In this document: positions 25,301-36,655 of the stretch, in pieces
Position numbering within the stretch: the first letter of the stretch is position 1
Layout: every line of letters begins with the position of its first letter
Assembly (NCBI RefSeq): GCF_037042905.1
Contig: NC_087251.1
Coordinates: forward strand, 11,286,001-11,350,000
Direction: 5' to 3'
Source: Lytechinus pictus
Lineage: Eukaryota
DNA length: 64,000 bases
Position numbers and translations under genes: made by a program
Notes under the pieces: generated by a model
Told to the model about the DNA's origin: nothing
The model's database searches: none
Seen by the model: only the letters and a program-made list of their open reading frames with translations

Positions 25301-28300
25301 ACGTTCCACTTTCCTTTATCAATCAGATACCAAGGGTTGATAGACACAGCTATATCCCGTGCATTGAAGAAAAGGAAGCAAGATGCTGTCCCTTCCGGTC
25401 TTACTCCAAGGGATGTCTTCTATCGAGAGGTATGTCATCTTCCTGCATCCAACTGGAAATCAACCTTTATGTGGCATATTTTATGATCACCTAGCATCAA
25501 ACCTACATCAAGTTGGTCAAAACGAATTTCAGTTTGTTTTACATTATATAAAAGGAGATCCTAAGCTTTCAAATTATATATAATGGGTGTTTTCAAGTTT
25601 GGTGTTGTCCTTCTAGATCTGGTGTTGGTGTTAGGTTTAGATCAGCACATCACCAAACTAGAGATGAAGATGGTCCTTTGAAAAATCTCACTAGATGTTG
25701 AGCGATTAAATATGTTATTGGGCTATTTGTAACCTGAATTAGGTGTTGGATCTAAGTAAGGTAATCTAAATTGTGCTTCCCACATGGACTTAAGCACCAA
25801 CACCGTACTTGAATTCATCCAATGTGTCAAAATTTCTTCCCTGTAACCAATTTAACATCTTGATTCAATGTAATTTCATAGTAAATCCAATATAGTAAAA
25901 ACAGGACTTGAAGTCTTATGTTCACTATTTAAAGCATGTACTCATACCAGAAGCTTGTCTTTGATATCATGATTGAAGCTTGTTTTATTATTATTGTTTT
26001 CAACTTCATATTTTAACGGTAGGTACAGGTGTTAACTTTCAGATGAGGCAATTTACTACATTTTTTACAAATATTTTGAAGACCTAATGATTTTTGCTTT
26101 TTCTATTGAATCATGTCTTACAACTGCTGTAGGTCTTGGGCTAGGCCATAGCATTGCATCTTCCTCCATGTTTAGAAATTCACCGGGCAATGCCTAAGGT
26201 TTATATATAGTAAAACAATCACATGATAGTCTTGAATAGTTAATCTTTTTTAATTGATAGAATCTTCTAACAAACAGGTAAAAAGGAAAAAATCTCTTAC
26301 CACTTATTACCTTGAAAGGGCCACATTTACCATTTTTATTTTTGTTTTTGAAGGTCTCTAAGATTGAAGACATTGTGGAAGCTTTGATGGAGGAAGAGCA
26401 AGATCTTCTATCAAGTGGACTTACTCCCCAGGACACAGTCAGTCTTATATCCAGCATCAATTCTATCATTCAGAGCATCCTTCAAGAAGGTTCTATCCCA
26501 TGGATTGGTGAGTTGCAGGATTTGTTGAATTTTAAAGGTATTGCATCAGTGTGGATCCTGCAGACATTACCATGTGTTTTTTTGTGCCAGGCACAAATAT
26601 ATAAGCTGTTACCAAGGGAGGCCTGAAATTTCTATTCATTTAGGTTAAGGCCATCTTTCAATGGGGGCACATCTCTATATCACAGTTTTAATGGAAAAAT
26701 GAAAAAAGACACAATAAATTCCCAAGGCCAATTAAAGGGGCATCAAAGGTGTCGGTAGGCGTTTGATACAAATATCACAACAGACAAGGGGCCTTGTCTA
26801 AATGCTATACACATTCTAAAGCTTTTCATATTTTGGAGAAAAATATAAGAATGAGCAGAAAGTAGAATCATAAAAAAGGAAAATAGAATAATGATTTTCA
26901 TTTTTCAGTGCAAGAGACAAACTAGGATATTAAAGGGACACTTGAATTTAGCATGCATGCTTCTGCGCGGGGATATTTTCAGTTGTTAAATGATTAACCA
27001 AATATATATGTAGATGTAGTATGCTTGACTAAATTTTAAATAGTCTCTCCATTCTATTACTTGTCTTCATAGCCTCCTCTGGGCCAAGGGGAATACGTAT
27101 GTTGCTTGTACAACAGGTAATTTTGAATATTGTTTATTGCTCTCAGTTTTTGCAAAGTTTTTCTTCTATATTTCTTATTTCGCTGACTTGGAAAGTAGTG
27201 TGATCATTCAGTGACTTTGTCAATTTTTCAATTATTTACCAAAGTGTGATGTTATAGTTCATGTAAATGTCCTTAAATTTTTTTCATAATTTAAACTTTA
27301 ACATGTCTGATAATGAATAAAATTATGTAGATTGTTGTTAGTTTCCACGGTTATAGTTCTTGTCAAATGATAACATGACATGAGCAATTCTGTTATAATC
27401 TATGTTAAAGAACATGCGTTGTTGCTTTGCAGTAATTGCTTGATATAATCTTTATAATACAAAAACCAGGACCAACAAATCACCTCAATTCTTTTCTTCA
27501 TTATCACATGCAATATCTTCTTCACCCACATAGAAGGGCTTAAAAACAAGCTATAAAGTCAGGAAAGCAACTGTGGAATGTCTGCACCGCTCTACATCGT
27601 GGAGATCGATTCTCAGTTTCTGCGATCTCAGTTAAGATCAAGATTTAAGGGTAGCACTATTTCAGGGTCTGCTAACTGTATTTGCTTTTTAATTGCAGCA
27701 TAACTTGACAGTTGGAAGGGCCATTGCCAATGCTGAGGATGCCCAGTCTCGCTCCAGCCTTTTCCAGCAGCTTCAAGGCATCACAGACCTCTTGCTGAAT
27801 GGCTACATCGCTCAGTTGGAATCTTCCAATCAGGCTGAGGGGGAGGACAGCCTGTTGTTTGCTGAGTTGGAGCAGAGATATACCCAGGAGAGAACTGCCC
27901 TTATCTCCCCTTTCTGTTAGTAATGCGTTATAATTTAGAGATATGGCTAGATGTGTGGGTGGTTTCACAAAACTGTTGACCTTATGAACATCTAGAATAT
28001 GGCTAGCTAAATAAGTACCACAAACATGTAATAAAAATTCTCATAGCCCCAAATTCACAAAGTGGTTTTGTTTTGAAGGTTGAAAACCATGTGTCATGCA
28101 GATTTATTGCATTGATTATGCTTAATTCACCATGTATGTCGAGAAAAGGTCTGATAAAAATGTTCATTGTTGTCTCACAGTGCCAAACTTATGCTTGTAG
28201 CTATTACTCCTTACAACAGTCATGAATTTAGTACCATTTCTCAATGTATGGGCCAAATTAGAGCAATTATCCCCCAACCCTCAAAAAAGATGACTTCAGG

Positions 28301-31300
28301 CCATAAAGTTTTTGGATATCTCTGGCATGACAAGAGTTAACAAATCATTTTGGTTCTTTGTTTTTGTCTTGTGACACAGTGGAGCATAGTCAGTTTGAGA
28401 GAGCAGCTGTGCTTGCAGAGAAGTACTGTGATTTTGCCATCCTTGTTGAGCTTTGTGAATCTGAAACAGGACGCAAGGATAGGTTACAATACTACATGGA
28501 TAAATTCTCAAACAAGGTATGATTTCTTTATTTGATAAGGGAATCAAATGGCCCCAGTATTAACCCGTTCATGAAAATGAATTATTTGAAGGTTTTATTT
28601 GATCAGTTTTTAATCTTCAAATTGGCAACACTATTATCTATCTTGATTGCTGAATTTGTTCATCTTGAAAGTTTTTGTACCTAAAATAAATAGAAATCGA
28701 TAAAGAATTCATTTCAAAGTAAGAATTGGTTCATATTCCAAATAAACTTCTTCTTTTTTTACCAAAATTATTATTTGGCTCATTACAAGATTTTGAGGGG
28801 GATTTTTCACCATCTCTTGTTTATATGTTTGCAGGGCTTCTCTGATTTTGTGTTCAAGTATTACATTGATAGAGGTGAGTTCATTGGTCTATATTTCACT
28901 ATTATAGGAAAACAAATTGAAATGCCAAGGGGGTGCTGTCCTGTCAATTTCAGAGTCGGGTCCAGGTTTGAAAATGTTTTGTATGAAACTAACCGAATTT
29001 AGTCTCAAATTATCTGCCTGCTTTGTGTGAGATCATCTCTTACTCCACCCATGATTTCTGGTAAATTTGGGTGTATTTATGAGATGAGTCTATACATAAC
29101 AGTCATCTCTGACCTATGGGTCCCTCACCACCTTTGAAATTTGAAGAATGAAATTGCATTGCTGTATATCTTCTGCATTACTTTAACCCTTATTCTCCCG
29201 GGGGGGGGGGGGGGGGGGGGCCATAATGGCCCCCCCCCCCCTCGACAATTTTCGCGATATATCTGCTGCGCAAAATTTTTTGACATCGCCGCTCTCTGAC
29301 TTTTTACTTTCAAGTCTCGCGCAAATTTTGAGACCAAATTTGTGACGTCCGGGTACGCGGTTACGACATTACGCAACATTATGTAAGTGCATGTCAGACC
29401 CAAATTGCTCATAAACGTGATTTCATGAACAAATCCAATGCAGATTGTGTATTAGCCAAAATTCATAAATGTATCATTATTTCTACTTTTACTGATTAAA
29501 CTTAATTAATTTTGCCTTGTTTATGATCAGAATTAAGTCTGGAACGATTTCTATCGAAAAAACAATAAAAAAACAAAAAGTAAAAAAACAAGGAAATACA
29601 TAAGAAATTAAAAAAACAATAAAATACATAAGAAATCGGTCTTGGTACCAGATTTTTTTTCATTCACATTTGTTAGGAATGCTATAAAGAATATTCTCAC
29701 CAAAAAATAGCATTCTAGGAGCTGTATTTAGTGAATCAGAGCAAAAAGTATGATTTCATGAATAAATTAGCATAATTAATTCATATAAAATAAAAATATA
29801 TGAATTCAGTGAAAGTTACCAATGCAACTGCGTAGATTACGTCATTCTCTACCATCATGCAAATTTTCGTTGTGATCGCGCAATCCACGGCTGAGATCTT
29901 AAGGGGGGGCCATAATGGCCCCCCCCCCCGGGAATGACAAGAATCAAAATACCCCGGGAGATTTAGGGTTAATATACTTGCATACCAGTATGTAGGCTTT
30001 GTGAATTCACCACCGGGATTCACTTCTTTTTCCAAAAAGCCAAAGTAATTTTATGAATTTGATCTTAAATCAATGGGATGGACTACAAACATCACAGATT
30101 CTTACTTTTGGCCTTAGTAGCAAAAAATTAAACTTAGATAAATCATTTATGTCCTACCATTTATGGGATGGTTGTTTGATATACTTTTATACATGTCCAT
30201 TAGCAAAAGAAGACTGGGTGATGATACCCCATTTCGGGTCGAGTTTGTCTACACAAGATTGAACTTTTTTCTATGTGTCTGTGTCAAAGGTCAACGTGGG
30301 AAACTGCTGACCCATTTTGCTCATCGTCCTGAGCTGAGTGAATTCTTACAGCCTCATGACCATCTTGGATGGCTTCAAGATATCCACACCAGTAACTATT
30401 CACAGGTTTGTTCTAGGCCCACTAACACAAGCACTTGATTGTAGCTATAATTGATTACATAGATCGTTATGTTCAATCAGTCTTATAAATGAACTGTATG
30501 ATCAATTGTTGAGCTTTGTGACCCTGGGTTCTGAGTATGGAATGTGAAAGTAAGGGAAAATGATTGTTTATGAGTTTGAAATAAATGTTGTCAGCTGTAA
30601 ATGATTGAAATCACGAAAAAGATGTCATAGAATAATTCTCTGCAAAGGACTGTCTAAAATTGTTTTCATTGTTGATATTATTTGGATTGATATGATATTC
30701 TTTCACTTTTGGTTGTAATTTTTCTCATAAAATGAAGAAAAATAAGGATTGTTTTACTTGTTTTACATCTTGAATCTTGATTATATGTTTGTAGTGTCCT
30801 TTTACTTAGAAACTGTATCTATATTTTCTTATTTCACAGGCACAAGATACATTGAGAAAACTAGCATCTCGAGAGTCTTTCTCAGTCTCTAAGAAAAAAG
30901 TAAATATTAACTACTTTTTTTTTCTTTAATTTAAAAGCAGTTATGCAACAAACATGTTAAAATTATAATTTCAAATAATATTTCCTTTGCAGTGACAGAT
31001 TAAAAGTAATTGTTGGAAAAGAAATTTATTAAACTTTCTTTAAGAATTATATTTTCATATATAATTATGGAAGTCACATATGATGTGCCAGCAAGATGGT
31101 AAATTTTATGTTGTAATGTATTTGTATTGTATTTTTTTTTTCTGCTATTCATTCTGCTTAAACAGTACCTAAGAGAAACTTGTGCAGTATGATAAGAGTT
31201 CCATATATTGAGTTGAAAAGAAGAATAACAAAATATTTATAGTCGGTTTCCTAATGTATAAACTCTTGTTAGCTTGAGAATATAATGATTTTTTTTTAAT

Positions 31301-34300
31301 GTATCAATGACAGACACTGCTGAGTTTAGGCAAGCTTGCTGCTCTAGCATCTGACAATGATCATCAGAGAGAGATTAATGGTGAGTATGAACAAATCTCT
31401 TTAAACACATATTATAATTTGATCACAAATACAAAGGACAAATACATGTAACCTACTGTATCATTGTAAAGCTTAGCTTATTGGGGATGTATCTGAATTT
31501 CAAAAAGAAAATCACATGTCTAAAAAGTTCAATCCTGGGGTATCTGCTCTTTAATTTGATACCTCAATCACAGAAAATGGTCAACCAATAACAAAGTTCT
31601 GTGTCTGAAATAATGCTTATATTTCCATAATTTCATCAAACAAATGTTTTTTAATAGATTCCCTATCATAGTTATTACATGGTTAACAAAAGATTTTATG
31701 CATTGCTGATCATCAACAAATCAAAGTTTTGAGTTAGACCAACAGCTAACATATAAAACATCTTCATTTTATAATATTACTGAAATTCAAGCATTTTTAA
31801 TAAACAGAATTTTGTTATTTCTTGACCATTTTTATGTGATTGATGTATCAAATTTTGTACTTCATTTACTCCTTTCAAATTTAATTTTGAAAATTATTTC
31901 TGCGAGACTACTTTTATATGAATTCAGATTCCATTTAATGAAATTGGGTTTATATTGTGGACCATATATTTTTTGTCTTTTGCTCAGAAATCAATGCAGA
32001 TTTGGACGTCATCACACATCATGAACAACTTCCTAGAGATCTTATTCAGGTCAGTGTTTGTTGCTGATCATTTAGAGGTTTACTTTTGTTCTTTTAGTTC
32101 ATGTAGTTTGTGCTTGATAATTCTTGTGAATATTAACGTCATGTAGCATCAGAAAAATCATACTGCCTTGTCTCTAAAATCTTGAACAGATATTCTTCAA
32201 ACTTTCTGGAAAAGTAAAAATATCATAAATATGATAAAATTGATAGTTAGTATACTTGAGTTAGTTTGAGTTCCCAAATAGATGGATGATTAATCAGAAT
32301 GAAGGTAGTAAGACAAATACACATGTAGACAGAACTAATGGATAGATGTATTAATAAATGAACGTATAAATGGAATGGATGGATAAGTACATTTATAAAT
32401 GATGAATAAGGGAAATAGATGATGAATAACATATTAAATGAGTGGATGGATGAATAAATGATTTTATAAGTAAACCTATTCGTACCAAATAATAACTCTT
32501 AAAATATCATGATTGAAATGAAGTATTTTTAAAGGTAAAATAAAGTAATTAGAGCAAACATTTATTTCATGAGAAACCTTTTAAAATCAAGGTTAATTAC
32601 CTCATTATTATCATAGATCTACATCTGGTACATTGAAATCAACTCATCTTTATGAAATCTTAGCTGAAAACCGATAATTCTTATGATAAATTACAAAACA
32701 GGGCATATGTGGGACAGTGTATTATTATTGCATGGAAATATTTCTGACATTTTTTTTATTTTGCTCATTTCTAAGCAATTAGTAATTTTTTTCAGAGCCA
32801 ATTGGCACATATTTTTTATTTATACATACAAACACGATTCTGTTTGAAATCATTTACAGGTCGTTACTTCAACTGGTATTTATCTTTAACAAATACATAT
32901 TACAAAGCCAACCAAAAACATTTACATGAACACTTCTTTGTAATAAAAAGGAAAAAAATAATTAATCTTTTTTTTGCAGAAATTGAATTTAAATGAAGTC
33001 GATCTGCCTTGCATGACTCCACAGCAACTAATTGAGGTATGTTATCCTTTTTTGCATATTGATTTTTGTAACTAAAAAACATATTTTTATCTTTGATTTG
33101 CAAAACTATAATATCTCTGATTTTTAATCATTGAAGATTATTAATTTGAATTAGAATTGAAATACAAGTTAAGTTGAAAGGGAAAATCTAGCAAATTTCA
33201 GAGTAGTGTTATTTAAATATTTATCAATAGATATGAGACTGTATACCTCAGTGTGCCTATATGGCTTTCCACTTTTTTTTTCTTGCTTATTTAGATGAAT
33301 TATAGTGAAATAGAATGTTGTATAAAAAAGGGATTGAATAATTCTAAATAGCGTTTCATATAGCTGTTTATAAGCTGAACATGATTTTACACATGAAGTA
33401 CATACTGTATATCAGAGAAAGAGGAGATATTGCAATCTAATGGATTCAATAAATAGTTATTTTATTTCCACTTCTATTATTTCAGCTTTACATCAGTGAG
33501 AAGAACATAAACTCCAATGAATATGACTTCAAGAAAGCTCTGGATCTGCTTCAATATCTCCACAAGGTATGTATAAACATTGTTATTTGCCTCACATTAT
33601 TCTTGTGTTTTCAAAACATCTGTCCATGTACCTAACTGGGCATTTCCACATGAGAAATACAATTATCTGTCTTAAGATTTATATTGAAGACATGGGCCCG
33701 TATTCTTAAGTTGGGTTTAAATAAGGCCATGGTCTGACCCTGTCAATTTCAACAATTGCCTTTACATTATATCTTTACTTTGCTCTTGTAATGTTTTATT
33801 GATGAAGAAAAGGATTTCAGTAATTATTCCCAGCCAGTTATGAATTACTTGAGTAACAAATGAACTGATAAATAAATATTGTCTTTGTACAGGATGGATC
33901 TCAGTACTCTGACCTGAGGTTAAGGATATGGTGCAGAGCCATACTGCGAGATGAGTAAGTAAATACTGTCTTTTTTAAAGGATGTTACTCTTCCTTTTCT
34001 ACTTATCTGATAATATTCTCCCAGTCTGGAGCTCGATTCCTAATGTGCAAATATCCATCCGGCTACACTCTTACAGATTTAGTCCTTTCCAACATTAAAC
34101 TTTCTCTTCCAATTGATTCTGGGTCTCCTTGGTTTAGTTTGGCTTTTCTACTATCCCTACCATGTGAAATGTTTCTTTAGTGGGCTTCTTGTGTTTCCAA
34201 GATTTCTTCCTATATACGTGATTGTAAGTCCACAGCTAAGAGAGCCTTATTGTCCAAATTTCTGCCCAGTACAATACGCCAGTTCGGAGTTCCATTCCGC

Positions 34301-35649
34301 ACATGATCAGAAGAAGTGACATGGTGAACTGGAACCCCTCTCTGCTGTTACCAAAACCAAATTTACATCAGGGTGGGCTTCTACTGGGTAGTCACTATTG
34401 TTTGTTCTGTTCATATTTTTGTCTAGATGGAATGAGATGCAAGGTGTAGATCCATGGGATTACTTCAAAGATTCTATCTTCTTTAAGACAGCTGCCAAGG
34501 CACGGCAGGAAGGTATGCAGGTTCACTCAAGGGGGTGTTACACAAATATTTAAGCACGAGTAGAAATCACACTTAATTTCCTAGTTACGGCTGGTATTCT
34601 AATGAAAAAATCAAAAGCCATATTTTATTGTTCAAAATAGACATGAAATGAAATACACTGAAAATTTGCTTTGCCCAATTGATCGTGGGCCCGGTAGCCG
34701 CTTTGCAGCGCCAGATCGACGAGGCTCTATATCCCTTAAATCGTTGAATGCCAAACGGTAGCAGCAACTCCCATCTATTAAAGTTTTTTGGTCTGACGCG
34801 ACCGGGGTTTGAACTCCCAACCTCCCGGTTGTGAATACCAACTGAGCCAACACACAATGCATTACTGCATTGGTCAGATCATGCTCCAGGGGTGCACTAC
34901 CACATATCCATCAAATGATAAGAGGGTTTTGGTGTTAAATCACCTGTGTGCATTGGTACCAAAGCGTGACTTTAAGTCATACTTACATCTTTGTGAAACA
35001 CCACCCTGGCATTATTTAACTGTTATTTTCTTGTGCTTGTAAGGGGATTTAACATGCTATAATGAGGAAGAGAAATGGAGGAAGAATAAGGAGAGGTAGA
35101 ATAAGTTTCAGATATTTTCATGTTTTCGGAAAGTCTAAATATTTGTATTTATGTCATTGAGATTGGTCAGCAAGAGGAAGATAGCATCCATCAAGTCTAG
35201 AAGAGTGTTTAAAAGATGCAGGATTGACCAATTTATTTAAAAAAAGATGACAAACAGAATAGAGAAAGGGATATCATGGGTCATGGGGATTACAGAAGCC
35301 CCCCCCCCCCCCCCCCCGGTAAACATCATGCATGAAAAGGGGGCTTGTTTAAAGATATTAACTCATTAGAAGTAACTCAATATCTGTTCATGTGTTCTTG
35401 TAATGTTAGAAAACAGATTGTCTGGTCTCAAGGTTTGACAGTGTTTACTTTCAGTAGTATTTCTATCTGATATTGATACTGATATTCCAATTTATTATTA
35501 CAGGTCTTAACCTGATGGAATGCCTTCCTGACCCTGACGCACTGCTACAGCACTATGAGCTGGATAGAATGAGAGACAATGCACAGTTCCAGTATCTCCT
35601 AAGGACAGGGTTTGAACAGATCGGAAGGAGCCTTGCCGCAGCCGAGTAA
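1232..35649 (+). CDS. NUP133: Nuclear pore complex protein Nup133, spliced gene span, 5' end outside window (32 exons, ~1060 codons visible)
   Basis: Spliced translation has recognisable Nup133 motifs ([90 protein letters not shown]); all introns GT-AG with compatible phases. Confidence 0.97.
2217..2456 (+). CDS. NUP133: Nup133 exon
   Basis: tatag|[10 protein letters not shown]...[10 protein letters not shown]...CFSLTAFG|gtgaga. Confidence 0.93.
2953..3024 (+). CDS. NUP133: Nup133 exon
   Basis: gtgcag|[24 protein letters not shown]|gtatat. Confidence 0.88.
3105..3160. repeat. 24-bp tandem duplication
   Basis: atacattttgatttttcggaaaga x2 plus a partial copy. Confidence 0.85.
3780..3955 (-). 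mobile_element. tRNA-derived SINE fragment
   Basis: Minus strand has B-box GGTTCAAATCC followed by a CORE-like acccaggtagatgggtac segment. Confidence 0.55.
3996..4088 (+). CDS. NUP133: Nup133 exon
   Basis: ttccag|[31 protein letters not shown]|gtgagt. Confidence 0.92.
4682..4792 (+). CDS. NUP133: Nup133 exon
   Basis: atgcag|GLRRVLAG...[20 protein letters not shown]|gtaagg. Confidence 0.9.
5312..6072 (+). mobile_element. Non-autonomous Helentron/HINE-like element with ~163-bp internal tandem repeats
   Basis: Subterminal inverted repeat GTCTCACCTGCAT (5318-5330) / ATGCAGGTGAGAC (6038-6050); T-rich flanks, no TSD; 3+ internal units. Confidence 0.7.
6206..6262 (+). CDS. NUP133: Nup133 exon
   Basis: caaag|[19 protein letters not shown]|gtaaga. 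Confidence 0.82.
7020..7610 (-). pseudogene. Decayed hAT-family transposase fragment
   Basis: [24 protein letters not shown] and [33 protein letters not shown] (hAT C-terminal dimerisation-like motif); disrupted frames. Confidence 0.75.
7930..8720 (-). pseudogene. Decayed SGNH-hydrolase ORF of retroelement type (Ngaro/DIRS-like) with an internal ~240-bp duplication
   Basis: [48 protein letters not shown]; duplicated units start at 8115 and 8351. Confidence 0.7.
9790..10320 (-). pseudogene. Decayed Crypton-like / DUF3504 tyrosine recombinase fragment
   Basis: [48 protein letters not shown].., then after a frameshift [21 protein letters not shown]. Confidence 0.8.
11177..11235 (+). CDS. NUP133: Nup133 exon
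   Basis: cctag|[19 protein letters not shown]..|gtaagt, ends phase 2. Confidence 0.85.
11583..11650 (+). CDS. NUP133: Nup133 exon
   Basis: cacag|.[22 protein letters not shown].|gtaagt. Confidence 0.85.
12091..12167 (+). CDS. NUP133: Nup133 exon
   Basis: ctgcag|.[25 protein letters not shown]|gttggt; 3' boundary less certain. Confidence 0.78.
12755..12857 (+). CDS. NUP133: Nup133 exon
   Basis: tttcag|[14 protein letters not shown]...[13 protein letters not shown].|gtaaga. Confidence 0.87.
13590..13661 (+). CDS. NUP133: Nup133 exon
   Basis: cttag|.[23 protein letters not shown].|gtcagt. Confidence 0.85.
14100..14181 (+). CDS. NUP133: Nup133 exon
   Basis: cctag|.[26 protein letters not shown].|gtaagt (end of beta-propeller). 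Confidence 0.88.
14637..14682 (+). CDS. NUP133: Nup133 exon
   Basis: ttgtag|.[15 protein letters not shown]|gtaatt; phase 2-0 bridges its neighbours. Confidence 0.8.
15499..15540 (+). CDS. NUP133: Candidate 42-nt cassette exon of Nup133 ([14 protein letters not shown])
   Basis: cttatatttacag|CGT...CGG|gtaaca; stop-free, phase 0-0 inside a phase-0 intron; not needed to keep frame. Confidence 0.4.
19875..20595 (-). mobile_element. tRNA-SINE copy (same family as 34610-34850) split by a MITE
   Basis: Removing the MITE restores ctatcctttaa|ttcgttgaccgccaaa, which aligns with 34726-34755. Confidence 0.7.
19999..20479. mobile_element. TTAA-flanked Kolobok-like MITE
   Basis: TTAA-aaagggagttcacc ... 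ggtcgaacttcccct-TTAA, imperfect TIRs. Confidence 0.65.
22137..22328 (+). CDS. NUP133: Nup133 exon (linker and start of helical domain)
   Basis: ttaaag|LSMQQQ...[20 protein letters not shown]|gtaaga. Confidence 0.87.
22338..23017. mobile_element. TTAA-flanked Kolobok-like MITE carrying an inverted insertion
   Basis: TTAA-aggtcaagtccacc ... gtggacttgtcct-TTAA; long imperfect inverted arms; extra inverted segment at 22861-22948. Confidence 0.75.
23623..23782 (+). CDS. NUP133: Nup133 exon
   Basis: ttgcag|[11 protein letters not shown]...[18 protein letters not shown].|gtaaat. Confidence 0.95.
24292..24401 (+). CDS. NUP133: Nup133 exon
   Basis: ttgcag|.[36 protein letters not shown]|gtatgt. Confidence 0.95.
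24665..24880. mobile_element. Short MITE (Harbinger-like GGGG ends)
   Basis: ggggtatttcaaaaagatt..atgacttagagtc / gactctaagtcat..aatctttgtgaaacacccccc; related copies at 34530-35008 and 43560-43632. Confidence 0.65.
25074..25180 (+). CDS. NUP133: Nup133 exon
   Basis: ccttag|LHSVIVRD...[20 protein letters not shown].|gtaagt. Confidence 0.94.
25327..25429 (+). CDS. NUP133: Nup133 exon
   Basis: aatcag|.[13 protein letters not shown]...[11 protein letters not shown]|gtatgt. Confidence 0.94.
26354..26507 (+). CDS. NUP133: Nup133 exon
   Basis: ttgaag|[16 protein letters not shown]...[12 protein letters not shown].|gtgagt. Confidence 0.9.
27073..27116 (+). CDS. NUP133: Nup133 exon
   Basis: tcatag|.[14 protein letters not shown]|gtaatt. 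Confidence 0.9.
27699..27915 (+). CDS. NUP133: Nup133 exon
   Basis: ttgcag|HNLTVGRA...[12 protein letters not shown]...ERTALISPF.|gttagt. Confidence 0.93.
28380..28516 (+). CDS. NUP133: Nup133 exon
   Basis: acacag|.[26 protein letters not shown]...YMDKFSNK|gtatga. Confidence 0.95.
28835..28874 (+). CDS. NUP133: Nup133 exon
   Basis: ttgcag|[13 protein letters not shown].|gtgagt. Confidence 0.92.
29187..29968. mobile_element. piggyBac-like MITE
   Basis: TTAA|CCCTA...TAGGG|TTAA; near-palindrome G(n)CCATAATGGC(n) near each end. Confidence 0.8.
30290..30405 (+). CDS. NUP133: Nup133 exon
   Basis: tcaaag|.QRGKLLTH...[21 protein letters not shown]|gtttgt. Confidence 0.93.
30840..30899 (+). CDS. 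NUP133: Nup133 exon
   Basis: tcacag|[20 protein letters not shown]|gtaaat. Confidence 0.92.
31314..31380 (+). CDS. NUP133: Nup133 exon
   Basis: tgacag|[22 protein letters not shown].|gtgagt. Confidence 0.93.
31988..32049 (+). CDS. NUP133: Nup133 exon
   Basis: gctcag|.[20 protein letters not shown]|gtcagt. Confidence 0.9.
32529..32889. mobile_element. Degraded TTAA-flanked MITE
   Basis: ttaaaggtaaaat...atttatctttaa termini. Confidence 0.45.
32980..33036 (+). CDS. NUP133: Nup133 exon
   Basis: ttgcag|[19 protein letters not shown]|gtatgt. Confidence 0.9.
33486..33566 (+). CDS. NUP133: Nup133 exon
   Basis: tttcag|[27 protein letters not shown]|gtatgt. Confidence 0.95.
33893..33954 (+). CDS. 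NUP133: Nup133 exon
   Basis: gtacag|[20 protein letters not shown].|gtaagt. Confidence 0.93.
34427..34512 (+). CDS. NUP133: Nup133 exon
   Basis: gtctag|.[28 protein letters not shown].|gtatgc. Confidence 0.92.
34610..34850 (-). mobile_element. tRNA-derived SINE inserted in a MITE (34530-35008)
   Basis: Minus strand A-box GGCTCAGTTGG and B-box GTTCAAACCC; AT-rich tail; flanks match the 24665 MITE family. Confidence 0.75.
35504..35649 (+). CDS. NUP133: Nup133 terminal coding exon
   Basis: ttacag|.[14 protein letters not shown]...[23 protein letters not shown]. Confidence 0.93.
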
Positions 35650-36649
35650 ACAATTATTTTTGAAAGTCTAGCATATTTTTACTCAAGATATCGGGAGAAT
35701 CACTATCTATAAAATTGGCTGTTGAATGGAGGCCCATTGTAGAGGGATCACTTTTTTCTCTCATTAAAGAAAAAGTTGCATGATTCAATCATATCATAGA
35801 TGCAAGATGAATATGGAAAATGTTCTGCTCCTCGGATAAGATGTTAAACTCTGGAGACTAATATGTTTCCATGGAGGATAGCTTATATTTTGCTGATACA
35901 TTTCTTTGTTAAAAAACAAGAATTGAACTGCCTGTAATAAAGCTCCATTTGTGGGGCTCAACTTTCCCAGCATAAACATATTTTGGCTTGTTTCAGTCAT
36001 TGTCAGCCAGAGAATGTTAGGTTATAAGGATCAACACAGGGCATTACATTGTGTTTGCTGATTGAAAAATCGCATACCATTCTTTACAACAACCCTTTGT
36101 TGGTAAAAGACTGAATGACGTTGAAATTAAGTTTCAATGTAGAGTAAAGTCGTCACCTCCATGTTAAAGATATCTTTGTTAATCAGGTTAGATGTACATT
36201 CATGCCTTAACCATAAACATGACGGATCATTTAGACCCATGGTTAAACCAAGCAGGAGTTAGGGTAGGGTCATTTGGATCCATCTCCCAGCCAAGGGGTT
36301 AGAGCATCTAACAACATTATTATAATTGTTATTTATTCGGCATTTCAAAATACATAAATTATACAGTACAAATTACATAAACAATGGGATATACGTGACA
36401 TAATACCAAGGACCTGGGATAAAGATGAAGCCAACATCTAAAGGATGTTGACCATGTGTCTGCAACGATAATGGCTTTTTTTTAAAATTTGTTTAGGAAA
36501 ATTGTGACCAGCCAGTATAGTTTACTTAAGAAGATAATCTGCACTGAGACTAGAACATAAATACAGGTCCAGTAGAAGAAAGTCATTATGGTCGCAATTC
36601 TCTTGTTGATATATTTGTAATTTTGTGTTGATTGTGTCGTTTTATTCTC

Positions 36650-36655
36650 AATAAA
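36650..36655 (+). promoter_or_regulatory. Candidate Nup133 polyadenylation signal AATAAA
   Basis: AATAAA after a U-rich tract ~1 kb past the stop; another AATAAA lies at 35936-35941. Confidence 0.3.
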
